The notes beneath the pieces were generated by a model. It did not search any database and had not been told where the DNA came from. It saw only the letters and a list, made by a program, of their open reading frames with translations. This document shows positions 1 to 48,902 of a stretch of DNA of 64,000 bases, in pieces; the first letter of the stretch is position 1, and each line of letters opens with the position of its first letter. The DNA lies in the NCBI GenBank assembly GCA_976226885.1, contig OZ320313.1, forward strand, positions 83,514,001 through 83,578,000, read 5' to 3'. The stretch is from Iphione sp. A-MEVVRFRX5. Taxonomy: Eukaryota. The translations under genes were made by a program, and so were the position numbers.

Positions 1-431
1 TATGCATCCTTCTATTACTTGGAGTTTACGCGACTTTTTGCAAGAATGACTTCCTTTCCAATTGATTTCCTTACTAACCACTAATAACGTTATTTTGAAT
101 TGTGGTGGTGTCATGGTCTTGTACCCATGTCCCGTTGCTGGCTGTTTCCAGGGTACACTACTTTGCCTTAATGCTGGTTTGGTTTGTCCGTTGCAAGCTG
201 CCACAATGCCATATGGCCGCAGACCTGCCCGCTGTACCAGCTACTGTGGCTTCTGCGAGTTCTGCAGCTGGGCTAAGCTGTAATGTTCACTTTACACCTC
301 ACGCTCACTTCATACTCTCATTCCTGCCAACACTAGTTTAAAACAGGCAATTTAAATGAACGGCATAGATCATGCAGAATATTTTTGAGAGACATGAATG
401 ATGAGTAGAGGGGTGCATTAATCTGGTTCAG

Positions 432-1931
432 AGGAAGATACATATACGTCCAATTTGGGGAATGAATCCAGTAGAAGATATTGTATATGGAAGATACTAC
501 CACAGTGTGCCGATATCAACTGCCACTCAAGGTCAGGTGGGGAAATAAAGCTCATAAACCCACAGGGCGAGTTCAGCATAGTTCCCCAAGCTCACTTGAG
601 GTGGCCATTGGCACACTGTGGTTGTATATTGTATATTTATACTCCGTAAATGTTATGGAAAAACCATTCAAAATTGGATGTGAGCTGGAGAAGGAGGATG
701 ACGATATTTACGTAAGCCATCATATTGAATAATTCAAATATTCCCACAAGGTCTGTCGTTACACTGTTGGCAGCAATGAGTTTCCTAAATGAGAAAGTTT
801 TCTTAGACCTGATTGATGTCTTGTAGGTGGTTGTAGGGTAGGTCTGTGGTCGGGCAGGTGGGCCCCTTGACAGGTAGGTCTATCTTGTTATGCCGACCTC
901 ATGTAACTTCTCGACCCATGCCTTCATGTGTCTATGTCCACATAGGGATTGTTTACTTATTTGCATTCCCTACTTGTAATCTTTGGCTCCAAGTTTACCC
1001 TGTAAACCACACCCAACTTTCCTTCTCAGTTCACTCCTCAAACCACGCCCTTCCCCTCCTAATTCACTAGGGGTGCATTTCTCAATTCGTGCCGTCCCCT
1101 GCTATTGTCTTCTAGTATATTTTCTTTTCCATGAACTGTCTTATCTAAGTAATGAATGTTCAGTTTTGCCAAACTGCAGTTCGCAGTATATCATTACCAT
1201 CGCTTGTTTTTCTCCTTTTTGTGGAGTTGATACAGTAGTGAGACTTGCTTCACTCCACCCACCACACCAAAGCTTTACACACGACCGAGTTTACTGCTTA
1301 TGGCTTTGATTCAGTTGGCCCAGTAACGTATGGCCTACATATCTTCTTACTTGCCTCTCTCCAATTGTATCTCCTGATGTAAAGATACTTCTGTCACAAA
1401 TGTCAATTATCTTCGCACTTAACGCCCGTGAAGCATGGCTATCTTCACTTCATGGCCTTCAGATAGCTTCATACCTTCCTGTAGTAAGCCATGGTTAGTC
1501 CTGTACGTTTTCAGAACAACGGCATCGCTTAAACGGATGACTGAATGAACTACTACCGCTAGTAATAAAATCTTCTAGACGTAGTTTATTCTTAATAACA
1601 CTAGGTTTTCTTCAGATTTACTGTTATGGATTTTCACACATCGGCGAAAATGCATGAATCACATAAACGTGACTTATGACTGTAAACTTTAATTGAAGGC
1701 CGCCTTAACCATGAAACCAGAATTCCATCCAGGTCCTCCATGTTTATTGAAGGTACTACAAGTTCAGTCTCACATGGTGATCCCCTGTGCTCTCTTTCCC
1801 TTCCAGGTCCTCACATTGACATTTCATTGCCTGCACGGACCTATGACAGTCACGACCTAGGTGCCTCATCCTTCACCAAGGCATCGACGGATTACCTCGA
1901 GGTACTAAAGAAGAACTACATGCTCACCTAG
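432..1931 (+). CDS. Last two coding exons of an unidentified gene (join 432..531,1807..1931); upstream exons probably outside the window
   Basis: ttcag|AGG at 432 and CAA G|gtcagg at 531 (phase 1) match a strong acceptor ctctttcccttccag|GT at 1807 (phase 1). The spliced peptide RKIHIRPIWGMNPVEDIVYGRYYHSVPISTATQGPHIDISLPARTYDSHDLGASSFTKASTDYLEVLKKNYMLT ends at TAG 1929-1931. AATAAA at 2476 and 2557. Family not recognised. Confidence 0.5.
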
Positions 1932-2556
1932 ACTCGACCATATGTCAGCCAGCCCGGGACTGCAGAGAAACACCATAGGAATCATGTTATTAGTCATTAA
2001 CTTTCATTTATCATAACTGCCATTAATATTTCTCACACCGGGTTCTCCCCTTAGTTGTAGATGTTTTACTTGAAGGTGTGTTAAGGTTGTAGTACCAGTC
2101 AACTCACGTCTCCATCTACACATGTACTGCAGCCTTTTTATCTGGTCAGCATGGTTTTAGTCCCATTATTGTGCAGTATTCATCCAGACTTTGGAGTCTA
2201 CACTTGCCCTCCTGTTCATGTTTAGATCAATGCGGTGTGTGCCTCGGAGAGAAATTCATATGTACATGTATATGTGAGGTCAGGAATTTGGGGGGGTGGG
2301 GGGCGGCCCTAGGGGAGGAAGGATATATGGCTCCAAATCTGTACTCATTTTTAGCCTCTTAAGCGACCGATGTAATATTAACATTGAACTGTGATTGTAT
2401 CAACCCTCCGTCCACCGTTTGTGATCACATTACATCTGTGTTATTCTTAATGACCAAACTATTTATATTGTATCAAATAAAAAGAGAAAATTCCACTTTG
2501 TTTCATCTTTACTTGGACTGTTGTATATATAAACGGAAGATTCTATTATTCATATA

Positions 2557-2572
2557 AATAAACTTTTTTATT
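2557..2572. terminator. Back-to-back polyadenylation signals (AATAAA on + at 2557-2562; AATAAA on - at 2572-2567)
   Basis: Sequence aataaacttttttatt lies downstream of both the putative + gene stop (1931) and the CCDC77 stop (3091). Use as cleavage signals is inferred. Confidence 0.4.
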
Positions 2573-3090
2573 TTGATAACGATCACAGTAGTATCTATTA
2601 GTGTTAACAACATCTATCTGCGAAAATAACTGATATTGCTTCTTGTAGACGCCTATAGAAGTCCATCAATCCTTATAAATTGTGTGCCCGTCGTAGGGCT
2701 TTTGCAATTCGCACTCGGGACTGAAAACACTAGAAGCAGTTCGATCACTTCAATCATTTCATGACCTATTGATATACAGTTAGTAGTAAACATTAAATTA
2801 GTTCCTTTGGCTCAATTTAAAACACCAGTTGTGTCCCCAGCATGACTGGCCACCTTGCGCCTAATCTTGGAGAAAGGTGATAATCGTGTGAAGGTTGTCC
2901 ATCCTGGTCTGCACTGTTTCCAGTGTTCACCTCGGCCAACGTATACATCTAAAGCCCTCCAGTTGATTTGAACAATCTTGGGTGACTAGTGTCCACTAGT
3001 TATCTTCAATCTATTTGGTCCCCCGATTGTGCTCACAGGAGCCAGCCAAGGTCAAAGTCATCCAGCTACTCAACCTGACGTGATGTGAGG

Positions 3091-11132
<8,042 letters not shown>

Positions 11133-11336
11133 GATTGGCTAAAGCTGTGCCAAATGGAGTCATTGTCAGTATACATGTATTTACTGTTACAAAGTCACTG
11201 TATCATGAATATTATCGTTATTTGTGAATGGTATAGACCATACAAGATACAAGTGCATACCAAGAAAATAAATATATGCTATGAAGGAGGAAACCATGAA
11301 ATTACAAGCAAGCAAAACAAAATACAGTGGAGTCTT

Positions 11337-11465
11337 TATTTGCGACCACATCGATTTCCGACCATTCTTGCTATTACGACCAGTACAGCCTGGTACAAAA
11401 GTTTGGATTTCTGTACTTAAAAATAATCTATTTACGACCAAATTTCTCATTACGACCAGTTCAGG
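11337..11465. mobile_element. Fragment of the same MITE family as 10663-10827
   Basis: tatttgcgaccacatcgatttcc matches the reverse complement of 10796-10821. Repeated ttacgacca motifs. Confidence 0.5.
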
Positions 11466-12959
11466 TTGCTCCCAAGGGGTGGTCACAAACAGAGTCTCCA
11501 CTGTACATGTCACTGAACTGGTGGGACAAGTCATACAGCATATGCAGGAATACAAATATTTGACTAAGCTTGCTTTGACAGATGGAATTATTGTATTTAT
11601 TCCTTAGTTTCTTGTTTTCCGATATACAGCTTTTGATATAGTGATTAATTGATATAATCAATATAAAGCAATAGATAGTAAAGGATAAAGAAATCCTAGC
11701 AAGGTAGTCAATGTATGTGTATCAGTAGCAGCAACACTTTAAACCAAGGGACATACATACTATCTTATTATCATGTCATCACATACATGTAAGTAATCAT
11801 AGTTATTGGAAAAGTTTACAGCTTACAATGATGTATCAACCAGTGGAAATGAATAAATGATTTTTTTTTATTTAAAGTCAGTCTGACCTCCACTGATGTT
11901 AACACAAGTATTATGTTAGTCTTCCATTTTGACTGGATGAGATAAGTAAAATGACATTTTTTTAAATTCAAAATTGCAGTTTGTAAAACTTTCAGTAGAT
12001 AGACCATTTAATTTTTCAAATGCATAAATGAGTCTAAACGTTAAATCACATGTCAGAACTGCGATCATCTTTTATATTTCATGATGGGTGTATGGATTAA
12101 ACAACTCAGGCCTGGAGCTGGAACTGTCATAGATCTCATCTTTTGTGATTTGATCTACTATACACATCACTCAATGCTATGGCTAACTGCTTAGACTATG
12201 CACTGGCAGAATATTCTTCAAGTCGGCATGACGTCACAGTGGCTGATAAGCCTGGTACCCTTAGTCAAATGTGGGTCAGTCTGCCTGGAGTGGAGGTGAA
12301 AGGGAGTGTGTTTCTCTCTTTGAGCCATTGTACTGTTTTGTATCATAATAATAATTTGACATTGACATTAATGCTAACTCTGACATTATGTTTGAGGCAC
12401 ATGTAGAACTACCTTAAGATAAAGTGAAAAAGTCAAAATTATCAGTGGTTTGTTTTTACTAGGCTTTAGAGTTCACATTAGAATATGCAGAAACTCCCAG
12501 ATTATCACCCACTTTTCACCTCTGTAGTGTTTTTGTTAAATTTGAAATTATAGCAGAGGATTTTTATCTAAACACTAATGTCATCCTTTAGATTAATACT
12601 AAACCTATACATTTATCACAATGAAACTCCATGACACCTTTGAAGTCCTTATCAAATTGGGTTTGACAACTCTTTGTTTATACCTTGCTTGCAAAAAGTG
12701 CCCGGATTGCCGACTCCAAGAATATGTAAGAATGAATATATTGAACAGAAATATTCATTACACTGAAGAATCAAATATAACCAAATATCAGGTCTGAGTA
12801 CAGTTTAAGTAGGTTTGCTTGGGCCTCTAGCCTTAATCAGCTTTGGTAAGCTGATCCTAACCCTCATCACGCACTTAAATAGGGACACAAATGGTGAAGT
12901 TGTTAATTATGGTAAGCTGAGATCAAGGCCTAATTTACATACGCATGTTCTCACAGCCG

Positions 12960-13204
12960 TGTCACCATGTTGTTACAGTGATTTTTGGTAACAACAGGAC
13001 CGCTTCCACGTGGCTGTGCATGGCTATGTGGCAATGGCCATCTGAGTCACTGTGTTTTCTTTTTGGAATATGTCCCAATTTTCCTGACTGTGCCACTGTG
13101 TTGTTACCATGGTTTTTGGAGACTAATGGCAACACCTGGACTGCTTTTATATAGCTCCATGCTTCACAGTGAAAACACAATGACATAGTAACAACATGGT
13201 GACA
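12960..13204. mobile_element. Fold-back/MITE-like element
   Basis: Perfect 17-bp inverted repeat tgtcaccatgttgttac (12960-12976) / gtaacaacatggtgaca (13188-13204), plus imperfect internal inverted repeats. Confidence 0.5.
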
Positions 13205-13936
13205 TACACAATGGTGCCCAAACACAGCCATACTGACTTATGTATTTGGAAGTCGGGCCTTAGGAAGCAGTGTCATGTCTGATGTTGACCAATGCCTTGA
13301 TTACACTACCTATATAAAACATTGCCTGAAAGTAGGTCCGGTCATGGGGCTGTCATCTTATAGTGATGTGACTTCACAGAAATACAGTATTTTACATACT
13401 GATTGAGCCATATGGATATTCTAGGCAAAACAGAGATGATTATCCATTATTTGTTAATGTAGACGATGTATTTAAAAAACCAAATGACACATATGGCCCC
13501 ACTTCATTCACACTGAATTGTATTACTACACTATGTATGTAGTATCGCTACACCTGTGTCCAGAATTGCCTCTGTGCTCCTTCAGAAACAAGGGTTGTAA
13601 ACTTGAGAGACTTTGGTCAGCCCCTGTATGTCCAGTCAAGCAGAACCAAGGGTTGTAAAATGTAATCCCTACTCCGGAGCAATGAGTGTGCATCCTCTTT
13701 CTCCTCCACTCCTGCTCCAGCCAGATGCCAGAGCTAGGGCCATCCTTCTCTTGCAACTACTACCCCTACAACCCTGTCGATTTGAGTTGATACAGGTGGG
13801 CGGGATGAAACCAAATTACTCAGCATCCAACTAGTCTCTTTGAATAAACCCTACACATCCCTGGACCTCTCTGCCGTTGATGCCACCACCTGCCAATAAC
13901 CAAGCATTAATTTGGTTGAAAAATGGTCAGTGTCAG

Positions 13937-13940
<4 letters not shown>

Positions 13941-14010
<70 letters not shown>
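13941..14010. repeat. (GA)n microsatellite, about 35 units
   Basis: Direct reading. Confidence 0.97.
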
Positions 14011-14013
<3 letters not shown>

Positions 14014-14379
14014 TGTGTGTTCAGCCTTTACCTCCCTGCTGGTCGATGGGCAGCTTGGTGGGGAAAGAGTGTATGTGCACGTGCACAGACTAGTCTGTAC
14101 ATTGACCTCCCTCTCCCCAATCTCTACCCCTTCCGCCTTCCCTCAACCATACACACTGTAATCAATTAGTGCAGGTGCCAAAGGCATAAATTTGTGTTAG
14201 CAAAAACTGACCAAAGGTCATTAGATACCTTGCAAAATGCATTAGAGGTATAAACAAATGTGTTTTCAAAAAGAATATTGATATGATATGTTTTAAACTC
14301 ACACACAAATCCTTTTGGTATGCGCTAAGAAGTACAGCCTTGACCATTATAATTTATTCATGTTGGAACACACAAGGGT

Positions 14380-14925
14380 AGTAAAATGGCAAGGTAGGAT
14401 GGAAATTGTGTTACAGACAACACATTTGGTATTTCCCAGAGACATGGAATAACCTGGAGTCAGGAGCAAATAAGATGAGGGTATGGGGTCAGGGAGGCCC
14501 AGGGACAAATTGCATGGCCATGGGTGGTGGCAGCCAAGAAGGAGGCCTGTAAGCAAGTTGCGTGGGTGTGGTCGGCAGTGGAAGTGATGTTATTTAACAA
14601 GCACCTGGCACCTTCTCCAGGCATGCAGCTGATTGATCAATCCAGGACCTGTGTATGGTTTTCCATCAGGTTCCCCTAGTTTGCACAACCTAACCCTTCA
14701 TCTCTTTGATCCCCTGGCCATCACCACGCACATCTGGGAAAGCGAGCAATAACCGATCCTTCATCTCCCTGGATCCATCTGGTTGCTGCCACCCCCAAGC
14801 AGCACAAGTAAGTACTAACCAACTGTTCATATCCCCAGGCCTCCCTGCCCCTGCCGCCGCCACTGATGGCCATGAAAGTTTGCACCCATGTGACTCGACC
14901 AGGTACCACCTGCATGACTAAAACC
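14380..14925 (-). mobile_element. Highly decayed Ngaro/DIRS-like RT-RNase H relic
   Basis: Frame-shifted minus-strand fragments (QVVPGR, LVLTCAAWGWQ, GPGLINQLHAWRR) weakly resemble the RT thumb and RNase H motifs (vV.pGR; EL...WG; HipG..N..AD.LSR). Confidence 0.3.
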
Positions 14926-14927
14926 TC

Positions 14928-14988
14928 AACAAGAGTGTGGACCTGTAAGGTCTATTGTCCCCTGCCATCAAGAGATGGGGGAGAGAGG

Positions 14989-15039
<51 letters not shown>

Positions 15040-15614
15040 TGAGTGTGTGTGTGTGTGTGTATGGTATCTCTCTCTCTTTTCAACCATCTTGATTGGCAGC
15101 TAGTTTGGGGATGGTTGGCTAAGATTTTTAGTCCTTCAGGTTTACAACTCTCGGTTCTGCGTGACTGAGCACAACCCCTGTTCTGCTTCACTGAGCACCA
15201 GACTGCTACAAACCCTTGGTTCTGCATGACTGAGCACAGCACCCTCGGTTCTGCCTCAATGAGTGCCAGACTACTACAAGCTGATACTGATCAAAGGGAG
15301 ATGTTGGTGAGTGTGTATGTGTGCATGTATGTGCACTGTCAGACCTAAGAACCCCTAAACCAGGTATGTATGTTTGTAGGTGTGTTAGCAAAAGAGTAAA
15401 ATTGGCATAATTTCACCTTCAAAATACTTGAATTACTATCAAAATTACCTAGTGCCATGGGGCAATATACCGGTATACCAATATCATACATTAAAATCAG
15501 TTCTTTTCAGTGAAGGATTTGAGACTTATAAGACCCACAAGAGTGTGACAGATGGTCAGGACACCAGCCAGCAGCATTCCTAATGTCCCCCCTCTATGAG
15601 GTGGGAACAATAAA
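14928..15614 (+). mobile_element. HINE/Helentron-like non-autonomous repeat, family A copy 1
   Basis: Starts aacaagagtgtggacct...tattgtcccc. Internal (GA)n/(GT)n and about 27-30-bp tandem units. Shared core tgtatgtttgtaggtgtgttagcaaaagag...cttataagacccacaagagtgtgacag. Ends in a gtcccc...ggg hairpin. Homologous to 15925-16732 and 54078-55037. Confidence 0.7.
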
Positions 15615-15924
15615 GGGATACTAGTGTCCTTGTACCCTTAACCATTTTCAGCTCCAAAAGCATGGTCAGTCTACCAACACTTGACGTCAAGATCGCAGGT
15701 TGAGACGGGGAGTCTTGGTAGACTGACCATGCTCTCACAATCATACTAAAAGTGTGTTCTAATATAGCTTATAATCATAACAAGATGAAATTATCTCTTA
15801 CTTTCCAATGAACTGAATCAAATCTTCATAGTTTTTAAGGAGAGCGTCATGTTCACCCAAACAGGCAGTGAACAAAGGTTCTTGAAGCTGATCGGATGAG
15901 AGAAGTCACATGATTTCTAGTTGT

Positions 15925-16732
15925 AACAAGAGTGTGGACCTGTGAGGTCTATTGTCCCCCGCCATCAACTACCCAGAGAGGATGGGGGGGGGGGAGACAG
16001 AGAGAGAGAGAGATATATATATATACAAGCTGATACTGGTAGAAGGCTGCTACAAGCTGATACTGGTAGAAGGAAGATATTGGTGAGTGTGTATGTGTAC
16101 ATGTATGTACATTATCAGACCTAGGAACCCATAAACCAGGTATGTATGTTTGTAGGTGTGTTAGGAAAAGAGTAAAATTGGCATAATTTCACCTTCAAAA
16201 TACTCGAATTACTATCAAAATTGCCCAGTGCCATGGGGCCATATATATTTAGGCAAAAAAAAATAGGTGTGTTGTTTCTGGTAATGACCACCCAAAAACC
16301 TAGGTAAAGAGGGGGGGTATCTTTTTTTTTCAAATTTTCTTTCCACTTTCTTCCTCTGGTTTTTTGATAATAATAAAGATAATATGAAGAATTTTGACCA
16401 ATTTGCAGTTTTTGCTGAATTTCCATGGATTTTATTGCTTTTCTACTGAATTTACAAAAAACATGTACTGTGAAAACATGTATCTAAAGAAATTCAGCCT
16501 TGGAAACTCTTCAGGGACAAAAAATTTTTAGGTAGGGTGAGGTTTTACTAGGTGGGGGGGGGAGGGTTACCAGAAACACACCTATTTTTTTGGCCTAATA
16601 TTATATATTAAAATCAGTTTTTTGAGTGAAGGGTTTGAGACTTATAAGACCCACAAGAGTGTGACAGATGGTCGGGACACCAGCCAGCAGCATTCCTAAT
16701 GTCCCCCCCTCTATGAGGCAGGGGATAAAAAA
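15925..16732 (+). mobile_element. HINE-like family A copy 2, itself interrupted by a MITE
   Basis: Same 5' and 3' boxes as copy 1. Internal 26-bp tandem gctacaagctgatactggtagaag. Confidence 0.7.
16250..16597. mobile_element. MITE family C with TA-flanked terminal inverted repeats
   Basis: ta|ggcaaaaaaaataggtgtg..tttctggtaa ... ttaccagaaacacacctatttttttggcc|ta. Absent at the equivalent site in family A copies 1 and 3. Second copy at 37436-37794. Confidence 0.8.
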
Positions 16733-18179
16733 TCACAGAATGCACACAAGAAAGCAGTAAAACTATGAAGATTGAAGATATTTTAACAAGAAATAATGCA
16801 TATACTGTATGTAATAATTTTTTATAGTTCAGTCACCTTATTTTGATGTATATAATATCCCATTTCTGTCAAAATTCACTGTAAAACTCCACCATTTTGT
16901 TTACTACAACTTCGAATTTTCAACAATGTAGAGTATCAGCCAATATAAATCAGGATCAAATATTAACCAATATTTTCTCTTCTTGCACATTTCACCTATG
17001 CTTTGGGTCGTGTCAGACCAATGCACTCCTTAGGTGATGTTAAAAGATAGGACATGCACCCCCAGCCATATTAAAACACTACACCAAAAGACTGCACCTG
17101 AGAGGTCTTCGTGACCACCACTAGAGACACTATACCAAAGATTGACGCTACTCACTGGGTCTCAACCCCAAATAAGGCCCCCAAACAGGTATAGAGTCGG
17201 TGTTGCAGGCAAGGGTAAAGCACCCCATCCTGAACAGAAGGCAGAATTGGTCATCATCTTCCTTACCATTTGCACCCATAATGGTCTTCTCACCCTCTGC
17301 ATGTCATGTTCATCACAATGTAATAACTGTACATCGAAATAGAGCAGAGAATGTCACATACCAAACTGAAGTACAGAGCATCACGTGTCCTGCTCGTGTA
17401 GACTGTCCTAGTGACTGGTGTACATGTAGTGGTACATCTTTTGAGGCTGAAACCTTTGTTCTAACACTTGTGTCATGATGTTACCTATAGAGCACAGTAG
17501 ATTGAAGCAGGACTTGGGTCTGGAGACTCATGCCAGGTCATATTGTGTTGTATTATTTTAACTTAAGAAATACTATGAATTCCATTTGCAGTTATTTTTC
17601 TCATCAGAACAGCAGTTAAGTGCAATATCTGGTTTGGGTATGTCAGGTTACTTCTGGTATAAAGGATCCCGGCCAAGTTCAACGGACCAGACCCCACCCG
17701 TTATCTTGTTTAAGAGACGAGTTCTTCTTGGGCGAGAAGCCCCCCACACCCCACATTCCTTATAATCTCAACTTATTGTCGGGGGAGACCCCCAACATCC
17801 CGCTTCAGATGGTCATTTTCAGCAGGGGTCTGCTATACTAGAAACTACCCGGTTTGCCTAATTAACATCATCACCCTCGGGTCTGCGGCCCTCAGGTTCA
17901 GGCATTACTCAGACAGACCAAAACCAGATGTCACACTTAACCGCTTTGATGGGGGGGGGGGGGGGGTGTTGAATCACTCCAACAAGAGGCTACAGAGAAA
18001 TCTATACAAGTTACTGGAGTACTGTCGAATACTATTGGGTCCTGTCGAATAGTGGATGCCAATTACTACCTACCAGCGCAAGTGGCTTGATACCAGGTGA
18101 AAAACAAGAAATATATGTACAATAGTAGTAGTAGTACTACTACTAATAATAATAATACTGCTACCTGTATACATCTTAC

Positions 18180-19112
18180 CCGTGTCTTGAGCCCTGTTGA
18201 AAGCTGGCCGTATTAGATCTCGGTGGATAATAAAACACACCAGGGCACTTAAACCAGAAACAGCGACCAATCAATGGCTTTTGCAATTCCGCTATACATA
18301 AATATACGAGAAACTACAATCGCAAGTCATTATAAACAAGGGCGACATAACAGAGGTCGAGGAGTGCGAACATGTTCAAACACGAACTACTCAACTTGAT
18401 TTAACGTGCTCAGGACCAATTTCGTTCCGTAACGACCTAATACTGAGAACTAAACCAACATTCTAATGTCGTTCGTCATTAATCTCTATTCGACAAATGC
18501 ATACCTGAATTCGTTCAACTCCTGCACACGATCCAAGTTTTAAGTTTGTTTTGTTGATTGTGGGCGATATTTGAAATGACCGCCAGGCTGCACACTCGAC
18601 GAAAGTTCAATGCTATTTGTCGATTTCGCAAAATACTCATGCATCGTCAGTATCCCGTATGTGGTGCAACAAATAATATGTATATCCTTCAAATGTCAGT
18701 TGATGTATTTTGGAATAAATTCAATCAAAGCATTTATTTACAACCAATTATTAAATGCCGAAATGTGTTACGTCTGAAAATAGTTCGGCGCTTGGAATAA
18801 TTACCGAACCTCTAGCGGAGGGAAATATAGTAAATTTCACACTATTCAACTTATTCTTTAATGTTTATACTTTTGTGTAGATTCATCGATTTTTAGAGCT
18901 GATAATACACTGAGTTTGGTGAATGTTTGAAGATCTACTTTGCTTGTCGGAATACCGTCCCGAGAAGGGAAGTGGTACGGCAGCTGCCCCCAAACAACAT
19001 AGAAGTGGATCTGGCCATTATGAAAGGATAGCCACTAAAACGTGAAAACCTCTGCCAGGACAGTAGACACGTCTTCACAGTGGATGTAATTCAGCGTGCA
19101 GGAGCTGTAGCC
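18180..19112. promoter_or_regulatory. Putative bidirectional promoter and 5' UTR region for CCDC77 and KDM5
   Basis: Visibly CpG-rich relative to the flanking introns. A strong minus-strand donor cgg|gtaaga at 18180/18179 could join the acceptor just upstream of the CCDC77 ATG (about 11138-11144). A plus-strand acceptor-like tttgtgtag lies near 18880. Transcription start sites are not demonstrable from sequence. Confidence 0.5.
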
Positions 19113-48177
<29,065 letters not shown>

Positions 48178-48896
48178 CAGCAAGATGTCAGGCAGCGTTG
48201 GTCAGTGGCATGAGTGTAGAGTATGATAATGGGACCTCCTCCAGCTGCTCTGGCATCGACGGTGCAGGCAGGCAAGGTGGATGATAGCACAGGATGGTGC
48301 ACTGAATAACAGCAGGCAGCAAACTGTGTACACCTGAGACAGGGCGACACATAACACAAGCACCCACACACACGGACACACACAATCACTTGTTTGTAAG
48401 CATGTACAGATTGCATTCGATACGTTTTTTCCCGTCTGCTGGCTTGAGCCCGGTTCATTAATGGTGTATGAGGGTATGCTGAAAACATGACTATGAAGTG
48501 AGGGCCGACAGTCAGGCGTGGACGTGCACAGACTCTAGAGGAAGTGTGGGTTAGGGATCGCTGGGCACCGGGGTCCAACTTCCTGCCTGCCATGAACCTC
48601 CTATGAGCATATATACGTACATATATAACCTATTTTTAACATGTTGAATGTTTCTTATATTGTGTTTTTGTTTCCATGGTCTGATTTCCCTCGTCCCGCA
48701 TACCTATGTACCATGATCGTTTGTGTTAATTTATTGGGACCCCCCTCTGGCGGTCGGTGCAGTAGTCTGATCCCTCCGCACTGTCCCTCACTCTAGTGGT
48801 GGCGGGCCAGTTGGAGGGGAACAGAGGGCCGTTTGCCTATGTAGTGGGTGGAATATCCGCCCTCTCCTTCTGTAACTAGCATTCGGATTAAAACAA

Positions 48897-48902
48897 AATA
48901 AA
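48897..48902 (+). terminator. Probable KDM5 polyadenylation signal
   Basis: AATAAA about 720 nt after the stop codon, preceded by ATTAAA and followed by GT/T-rich sequence. Confidence 0.55.

Larger units (their letters stand above)
15630..17095 (+). mobile_element. Interspersed repeat family B, split by the family A insertion (15630-15924 plus 16733-17095)
   Basis: The two halves align contiguously with the uninterrupted copy at 36700-37400 (catgat...ttttaacaagaaat junction). Confidence 0.75.

Noticed and set aside
640-711. Exon-like segment ending tac|gtaagc (KPFKIGCELEKEDDDIY)
   Set aside because: No convincing acceptor, and its phase-0 end is incompatible with the phase-1 terminal exon at 1807.
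13877-14169. ORFs with ER dipeptide runs
   Set aside because: Translation of the (GA)n microsatellite.
18121-18156. Palindromic (tag)n(tac)n tract near the promoter
   Set aside because: Simple-repeat fold-back with no evidence of function.
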